Source: Oscillospiraceae bacterium (GTDB lineage: Bacteria > Bacillota > Clostridia > Oscillospirales > CAG-272). From it: DNA of 64,000 nt. This document shows, piece by piece, positions 57,940 to 64,000 of this stretch (positions within the stretch are counted from its first letter, which is position 1; the number at the start of each line of letters is the position of its first letter). The stretch lies in assembly GCA_015064185.1 (NCBI GenBank), contig SVSS01000005.1:14198-78197 (forward strand). The letters run 5' to 3'. The notes under the pieces are model-generated. The model did not search any database and was not told the DNA's origin. It worked only from the letters and a program-made list of their open reading frames with translations. The position numbers and the translations under genes were made by a program.

Positions 57940-58807
57940 ATGTGTTTGTAAGCGAAAGCTCATGATCGCATTCATGGTGCAATAGTGTCAAAAAGCTTTT
58001 AATGTGCTCCAAAGCATATACGTTGGAATTTTTATATACGTATGTCGTTCGTTTGTAATTGTCGATCTTTTTTAACACGACTTGATCTGAAAATTGACCG
58101 CGCCAAGATACAGACGGAACAAGGGATATGCCAAGCCCGAGCTCGATGCATTTACGGATATAATACGGATCATCACTGTGTATCACGATACGGGGAGAAA
58201 ATCCCATATCATCACATATTTTTTGCGTAATAGAATAAAGGCTACTGTTTTTATTTGTGCAAATAAAGGGCTTGCCCACAAGGTCTGTCGGATCGATAAC
58301 ATCTTTTTTTGACAGAGGATCGTCTTTGTGTATGGCGAGCAGTATGTCTTCACTCAGCAGCTCCTCGCGGGGCATATCGAGCTTCCACATAGGTGTGTCG
58401 GATATAACAAGGTCCACTTGCTCGGCATCCGGTGAGAGGAGATATTTCGTAACGATCTCTGTGTCGGGATAGAGCTTGCTGAACTTTTCTACCGTTTGCA
58501 TGATGATACGGCGGTTTATGTATATGGACAAATTTATTTTTTTCGCTGCGCTGCGCTCGCCAATGCTTTTTTGCGCCTCGTCGATAAGTGAGAGCGCGGC
58601 TTTTATCCTTTCCTCAAAAAGAATGCCGCTTTCATTCAGTTTTATTTTATTGGCATGTCTTGTGAAAAGAGCTACGCCAAGCTCCTTTTCAAGCCGCTTG
58701 ATGCTCTGCGATACGGCGGAGGGCGGTACGTAAAATTTTTTTGCCGTTTCGGAAAAATTTTGCGTGGCGGCCGCATCCATAAAATATTTTAGCTGTAAAA
58801 GCTCCAT
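57938..58807 (-). CDS. LysR family transcriptional regulator
   Basis: MELLQLKYF..NFSETAKKFYVPPSAVSQSIKRLEKELGVALF; divergent from the AEC gene. Confidence 0.93.
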   Translation of the reverse strand: MELLQLKYFMDAAATQNFSETAKKFYVPPSAVSQSIKRLEKELGVALFTRHANKIKLNESGILFEERIKAALSLIDEAQKSIGERSAAKKINLSIYINRRIIMQTVEKFSKLYPDTEIVTKYLLSPDAEQVDLVISDTPMWKLDMPREELLSEDILLAIHKDDPLSKKDVIDPTDLVGKPFICTNKNSSLYSITQKICDDMGFSPRIVIHSDDPYYIRKCIELGLGISLVPSVSWRGQFSDQVVLKKIDNYKRTTYVYKNSNVYALEHIKSFLTLLHHECDHELSLTNT

Positions 58808-58939
58808 AACGTCACCTTCCTTTCGTATATTCTATCACAATGTACTATAACTTTCAAGTGATAGTACGATAATTTATCTTATTATTTACATTTCAGTAGA
58901 TCCGTGATAAAATGTACGTGCTAAAGGAGGATATCATAG

Positions 58940-59899
58940 ATGGAAGCATTACTTAGTATGTTTAAAAACGTTGTTTTATTTGTGGCTTTGGCGGTACCCG
59001 GGTATTTGCTCGTCAAAACAAAAATGCTGAATTCTGCGCATTCGGGTGTGTTATCAAAGCTTTTGATGTATGTGGGAATGCCGTTTTTGATCCTTTCGGG
59101 AACGGTGAATAACATTTCCTTTGGCAAAGAGCTGATCATAACGGTTGCCCTTGTTGCGGCGATCGGCATCGCGTTTACCTTTGCCATGTTTTTTGTATCA
59201 AAGCCCGTGTCGGCTATGGAAAAGAACGAAAAAACAAACGGCATGATGCGCTTTTGTATGACCTTTTCCAATAATGGGTTTCTTGGTATACCGCTTGCGG
59301 TCGCCGTATTTGGTGCCAACTCTCCCGTTATGACGGTTCTTGTCATTCTGAACATCATCACAAATATTTTGATGTATACCTTAGGGGTATATCTTGTTTC
59401 GGGTGACAAAAGCAAGATAAGCCTGAAAAAAGCCTTCTTAAATCCCGTTTTGATTGCGTTTGTTATAGGCATTATTTTGAATTTGCTGAAGGTGAACACG
59501 TACGTTCCTGAAATATCCACCTTTTCATCGCATTTCAGCGGTCTTGTCACGCCCCTGTCCATGACCATTCTTGGCATGAAAATGGCAGAGATCAAGTTCG
59601 TGTCGCTGTTTAAGTCTTGGCGCATGTATTACGTTTGCGCTTTGAAGCTGATACTCTTTCCCTGTGTTATCGTGGCGCTGCTTCTTGTTGCCAAACGATT
59701 CGGCGCGAGTATGTTTGACGCCAATGTGACACTTGGCTTTTTCATTGCGTTTGCAATGCCAACGGCAGGCCTTGCCTCTACCTTTGCTGATGGCTTTGGC
59801 GGCGATACCGAAAATGCCGTATCGATGACGCTCGGCACGACCGTCCTTTCGATCCTTACGATCCCCGTATTGTATTGGATACTTTCCTATTTACTGTAA
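58940..59899 (+). CDS. AEC (auxin efflux carrier) family transporter
   Basis: FSNNGFLGIPL, LNPVLIA, PLSMTILG, AMPTA, TTVLSILTIP. Confidence 0.9.
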   Translation: MEALLSMFKNVVLFVALAVPGYLLVKTKMLNSAHSGVLSKLLMYVGMPFLILSGTVNNISFGKELIITVALVAAIGIAFTFAMFFVSKPVSAMEKNEKTNGMMRFCMTFSNNGFLGIPLAVAVFGANSPVMTVLVILNIITNILMYTLGVYLVSGDKSKISLKKAFLNPVLIAFVIGIILNLLKVNTYVPEISTFSSHFSGLVTPLSMTILGMKMAEIKFVSLFKSWRMYYVCALKLILFPCVIVALLLVAKRFGASMFDANVTLGFFIAFAMPTAGLASTFADGFGGDTENAVSMTLGTTVLSILTIPVLYWILSYLL

Positions 59900-59911
59900 A
59901 GGAGAATAGTC

Positions 59912-60664
59912 ATGAAATATTTAGAAAATATTTGTTACGCAAAGCGTGAGGATGAGGAGCTGCTGCTTGATATATATTTGCCTGAAGCCACAGAATTCCC
60001 CGTGTTTGTCTTTTTCCACGGCGGTGGGTTAGAAAAGGGAAGTAAGCGGGGGGCAAAGTTTTTTGCACAATATTTGACAGACAGAGGAATTGCCGTGGTA
60101 TCTGCCAATTACCGTATGTATCCGAATGCGAAATATCCCGATTTTATCGTGGATGCGGCCGAGGCCGTGCACTGGGCATCGGAAAACATGAACAACTACG
60201 GCAAGTGTGAAAAGATGTTTGTGGGCGGAAGCTCGGCAGGCGGATACCTTTCTATGATGCTTTGCTTTGACCCCCGTTGGTTATCCGCGTATGAAGCCTG
60301 GAAGATTCCTGTGACGGGATATTTTCATAATGCGGGACAGCCAACCAGTCACTTCAAGGTAGTGAACATGGAAGACGGTGTGTCGGAGAAGCGCTTGATC
60401 ATAGATGAGCGCGCGCCTATGTACCACATTGGCACCGCCGAGGAATATCCGCCGATGCATTTTGTCGTTTCGGATAACGACAGAGCCTGCCGCTATGAGC
60501 AGACGATGCTGCTGCTTTCTACACTCAAGCATTTCAAATATGATCCCGAAAAAATAGGCTTTACGCTGATGCACGGCAAGCATTGCGAGCACGATAAAAC
60601 GTTTGATGAAAATGGGGACAATATCCTTGGCAAACTTTTGGTTGAATTTATCAAGAAGTGGTAA
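59912..60664 (+). CDS. Alpha/beta hydrolase (HSL-like esterase)
   Basis: FFHGGG oxyanion motif, ANYR, nucleophile GGSSAGG. Confidence 0.88.
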   Translation: MKYLENICYAKREDEELLLDIYLPEATEFPVFVFFHGGGLEKGSKRGAKFFAQYLTDRGIAVVSANYRMYPNAKYPDFIVDAAEAVHWASENMNNYGKCEKMFVGGSSAGGYLSMMLCFDPRWLSAYEAWKIPVTGYFHNAGQPTSHFKVVNMEDGVSEKRLIIDERAPMYHIGTAEEYPPMHFVVSDNDRACRYEQTMLLLSTLKHFKYDPEKIGFTLMHGKHCEHDKTFDENGDNILGKLLVEFIKKW

Positions 60665-60681
60665 GGGTAAAAGTTTGACGC

Positions 60682-60714
60682 AAAAAAGAACACCGCCGCG
60701 GCGGTGTTCTTTTT
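60682..60714. terminator. 33-bp palindromic terminator, copy 2
   Basis: Identical to 57907-57939. Confidence 0.85.
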
Positions 60715-60718
60715 TATA

Positions 60719-61092
60719 TTAGCGCCTTCAGGCACCCCCGCACGAAGTGCGAAATGGATAACCACCCGCTATGCGGGTGGGGAACAATGGGTTACACCTC
60801 TTTCGTATAGAGTGTGTCGTTACATAAGGCTTCTCCTTGAGGAGAGGCTCCCGCGTAGCGGGTGGTGAGGTGTAGCCGCCATAGCGGCGTGTTCGAGTTT
60901 TGCAATGAGCCGCACAAACGCGCTTCGCGCTACACCTCATCCGTCAGCCTTCAGCTGCCACCTTCTCCTCAAGGAGAAGGCATTTTTGCAGACAACTTTT
61001 GCAAAGCAAAAGCCAGCGGCTTGAGCCGCTGGCCGGTAGTGTTGGGCTTTTAGACTTAGTGCATACCACCCGTTTGACGGGTGGTTATGATT
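60719..61092. mobile_element. Non-coding composite repeat, copy B
   Basis: Near-identical to 41721-42093, same orientation. Confidence 0.8.
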
Positions 61093-61096
61093 TTGC

Positions 61097-63721
61097 TTAG
61101 TCCTTCAGGGCTGCCTGCGCTGCTGCAAGGCGAGCGATCGGCACACGGAAGGGAGAGCAGGAAACGTAGGTAAGGCCTACCTTGTGGCAGAACTCAACGG
61201 AGGAGGGGTCGCCACCGTGCTCACCGCAGATACCGAGCTTGATGTCGGGGCGGGTCGCGCGGCCAAGGGTCGCTGCCATTTCAACAAGCTTACCAACGCC
61301 GGTCTGGTCGAGCTTAGCGAAGGGATCGTTCTCGTAGATCTTGGTGTCGTAGTAAGCGTCAAGGAACTTACCTGCATCGTCACGGGAGAAGCCGAAGGTC
61401 ATCTGCGTAAGGTCGTTGGTACCGAAGGAGAAGAACTCTGCCTCCTTGGCGATATCGTCAGCGGTAAGTGCTGCACGGGGGATCTCGATCATCGTACCAA
61501 CCTTGTACTTGAGGTCGGAGCCTGCGGCTGCGATCTCAGCATCGGCGGTAGCAACAACGTGGCGCTTCACGAATGCAAGCTCCTTAATCTCGCCAACCAG
61601 CGGGATCATGATCTCGGGCACAATGGTCCATTCGGGGTGAGCCTTCTGTACGTTGAGGGCTGCGCGGATCACTGCCTTGGTCTGCATGACGGCGATCTCG
61701 GGGTAGGTAACTGCAAGACGGCAGCCACGGTGACCCATCATGGGGTTGAACTCGTGAAGACCCGAAATGATGTTCTTAACCTCGGCAACGGTCTTGCCGG
61801 TGTTCTTTGCAAGGAGCGCAATGTCAGCTTCCTCAGTGGGAACAAACTCGTGAAGGGGCGGGTCAAGGAAGCGAATGGTTACGGGGAAGCCCTCCATTGC
61901 CTCGTAGATCTTTTCAAAGTCGCCCTGCTGCATGGGCAGGATCTTGTCAAGTGCCTTCTCGCGACCCTCAACGGTGTCGGAGCAGATCATCTCGCGGATC
62001 GCGGCGATACGGTCAGCCTCAAAGAACATGTGCTCGGTACGGCAAAGACCAATGCCCTCAGCGCCAAGCTCGCGAGCCTTCTTTGCATCGGTGGGGGTAT
62101 CTGCATTGGTGCGTACCTGCAGCTTGCGGTACTTATCAGCCCAGCTCATGATGGTGCCAAAGTTGCCGGAGATCTCTGCGTCAACGGTCTTGATGATGCC
62201 GTCGTAGATCTTACCGGTAGAGCCGTCAATGGAAATATAGTCGCCCTCGGTGTAGGTCTTACCAGCCAAGGTAAACTTCTTATTTTCCTCGTCCATCGCG
62301 ATCTCGCCGCAGCCCGAAACACAGCACTTGCCCATGCCGCGCGCTACAACTGCTGCGTGAGAGGTCATGCCGCCGCGCACGGTAAGGATACCCTGTGCAG
62401 CCTTCATGCCCGTGATATCCTCGGGAGAGGTCTCAAGGCGAACGAGAATAACCTTCTTGCCTGCCTGGTTCCACTTGTCTGCGTCGTCAGCGGAGAATAC
62501 TACTTGACCGCAAGCGGCACCGGGGGATGCACCAAGGCCCTTGCCGATGGGGTTGGCAGCCTTCAGTGCCTTTGCATCGAACTGCGGGTGGAGCAGGGTG
62601 TCAAGGTTGCGGGGGTCGATCATAAGAACAGCCTCTTGCTCGGTCTTGTGACCCTCAGCAACAAGGTCAACGGCGATCTGAAGCGCAGCCTGTGCGGTAC
62701 GCTTGCCGTTACGGGTCTGGAGCATGAAGAGCTTACCGTGCTCAACGGTGAACTCCATATCCTGCATATCGTGATAGTGGTTCTCGAGGATACCGCAAAC
62801 CTTTACGAACTGCTCGTATGCCTCGGGGAACTTCTCAGCCATTTGTGCGATGGGCATGGGGGTACGAACACCCGCAACTACGTCCTCGCCCTGTGCGTTG
62901 GTGAGGAACTCACCCATCATCTTCTTTTCGCCCGTTGCGGGGTCGCGGGTAAAGGCAACACCGGTGCCGCAATCGTCACCCATGTTACCGAATGCCATAG
63001 CCTGTACGTTTACAGCGGTACCCCAGCTGTAGGGAATATCGTTGTCACGGCGGTATACGTTTGCACGGGGGTTGTCCCAAGAACGGAATACTGCCTTAAC
63101 AGCACCCATCAATTGCTCCTTGGGGTCAGAGGGGAAGTCAGAGCCGATCTTTGCCTTGTACTCTGCCTTGAACTGGTTAGCCAGCTCCTTGAGATCCTCA
63201 GCAGTCAGGTCAACGTCAAGCGTTACACCCTTCTCCTCCTTCATCTTGTCGATGAGCTCCTCAAAGTACTTCTTGCCAACCTCCATAACGACGTCGGAGT
63301 ACATCTGGATAAAGCGGCGGTAGCAGTCGTAAGCCCAACGTGCGTTGCCGGACTTTTCTGCCATAACCTCAACGACCTCCTCGTTAAGACCGAGGTTGAG
63401 GATCGTATCCATCATGCCGGGCATGGATGCGCGAGCGCCCGAACGAACCGAAACAAGAAGGGGATTTTCCTTGTCACCGAACTTTTTGCCGGTGATCGCT
63501 TCCATTTTTTCAACGTACTCGTTGATCTCTTTTTGAATACCGTCGTTGATCTGACGGCCATCCTCGTAGTACTGCGTGCAAGCCTCAGTGCTGATGGTGA
63601 AGCCCTGGGGAACGGGAAGACCGATGTTGGTCATTTCCGCAAGGTTTGCACCTTTGCCGCCGAGCAGCTCACGCATGCTTGCATTGCCCTCGGTGAAAAG
63701 GTAACAATACTTCTTTGCCAT
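61097..63721 (-). CDS. ppdK: Pyruvate, phosphate dikinase
   Basis: LLGGKGANLAEM, SVRSGARASMPGMMDT, GGMTSHAAVVARG, SFGTNDLTQ, GICGEHGGDP; ATG at 63721. Confidence 0.98.
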   Translation of the reverse strand: MAKKYCYLFTEGNASMRELLGGKGANLAEMTNIGLPVPQGFTISTEACTQYYEDGRQINDGIQKEINEYVEKMEAITGKKFGDKENPLLVSVRSGARASMPGMMDTILNLGLNEEVVEVMAEKSGNARWAYDCYRRFIQMYSDVVMEVGKKYFEELIDKMKEEKGVTLDVDLTAEDLKELANQFKAEYKAKIGSDFPSDPKEQLMGAVKAVFRSWDNPRANVYRRDNDIPYSWGTAVNVQAMAFGNMGDDCGTGVAFTRDPATGEKKMMGEFLTNAQGEDVVAGVRTPMPIAQMAEKFPEAYEQFVKVCGILENHYHDMQDMEFTVEHGKLFMLQTRNGKRTAQAALQIAVDLVAEGHKTEQEAVLMIDPRNLDTLLHPQFDAKALKAANPIGKGLGASPGAACGQVVFSADDADKWNQAGKKVILVRLETSPEDITGMKAAQGILTVRGGMTSHAAVVARGMGKCCVSGCGEIAMDEENKKFTLAGKTYTEGDYISIDGSTGKIYDGIIKTVDAEISGNFGTIMSWADKYRKLQVRTNADTPTDAKKARELGAEGIGLCRTEHMFFEADRIAAIREMICSDTVEGREKALDKILPMQQGDFEKIYEAMEGFPVTIRFLDPPLHEFVPTEEADIALLAKNTGKTVAEVKNIISGLHEFNPMMGHRGCRLAVTYPEIAVMQTKAVIRAALNVQKAHPEWTIVPEIMIPLVGEIKELAFVKRHVVATADAEIAAAGSDLKYKVGTMIEIPRAALTADDIAKEAEFFSFGTNDLTQMTFGFSRDDAGKFLDAYYDTKIYENDPFAKLDQTGVGKLVEMAATLGRATRPDIKLGICGEHGGDPSSVEFCHKVGLTYVSCSPFRVPIARLAAAQAALKD

Positions 63722-64000
63722 TTGAAATACCTCCAAATATTTATATTTATCTTGAACACAAAAATATGCGGCTCTCCGCATAGCGGCAATTATTATATCA
63801 TATTATTTAAAATATAGCAACAGATTTAGTTATTTTTCAAAACAAAAAAAGTTAATTTTTTTTGAACAACAGTGATTTTTTATCAATAATTTCAAAAAAT
63901 GTGCTTTTGCGGTTGCTTTTGCGGCTTGCTTTGTGTATAATATGTATAATAAAAAAATTAAGAATATCCGTCGGCGCGAGGCTCTCGCGGCGGCGTTTGT

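Noticed and set aside
24394-63817. Long antisense ORFs over nifJ (24394-26802), gdhA (31097-32374), pnp (47624-49780) and ppdK (61184-63817)
   Set aside because: They are codon-register mirrors of highly expressed genes whose codon bias avoids antisense stops; they show no RBS or recognisable motifs.

Overview
Chromosomal segment of an anaerobic, probably spore-forming Firmicute (Clostridia, Oscillospirales-like). The taxonomic call rests on spoVAC, a Coat-F gene, an SLH protein, nfnAB, nifJ, ppdK, hprK and rex. Most of the window is housekeeping: rlmH, galK, hprK, rimI-tsaD, rex-dnaD-dnaC-like, nifJ, secG, nfnAB, gdhA, a polar amino-acid ABC transporter, recG, pnp-rpsO, ftsK, rnpB, ppdK and four tRNA genes (Gln-CTG, Arg-CCG, Ser-TGA, Gln-TTG). 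I see no transposase, integrase, cas or phage gene. The strongest unexplained signal is non-coding. All four tRNA genes are followed by a terminator-like hairpin, then an inverted copy of that tRNA's own 3' end, a multi-hairpin body, and a direct copy of part of the tRNA 3' half. The bodies at the Arg, Ser and Gln-TTG loci (206-224 bp) are structurally homologous, with compensatory base changes, and the Arg unit is tandemly duplicated. This looks like a family of tiny tRNA-targeted, possibly ssDNA-folding, non-autonomous elements. Other notable items: an unannotated 45-aa peptide with a YxxP leader-like motif behind a large surface protein; a circularly permuted amino-acid binding protein; a DnaA-box cluster with no dnaA in the window; a TA-flanked MITE; two copies of a composite IS200-like/palindromic element; GTAG REPs; and a LysR-AEC-hydrolase cassette bracketed by identical 33-bp palindromes. 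All functional calls come from motif recognition by eye; no searches were run.
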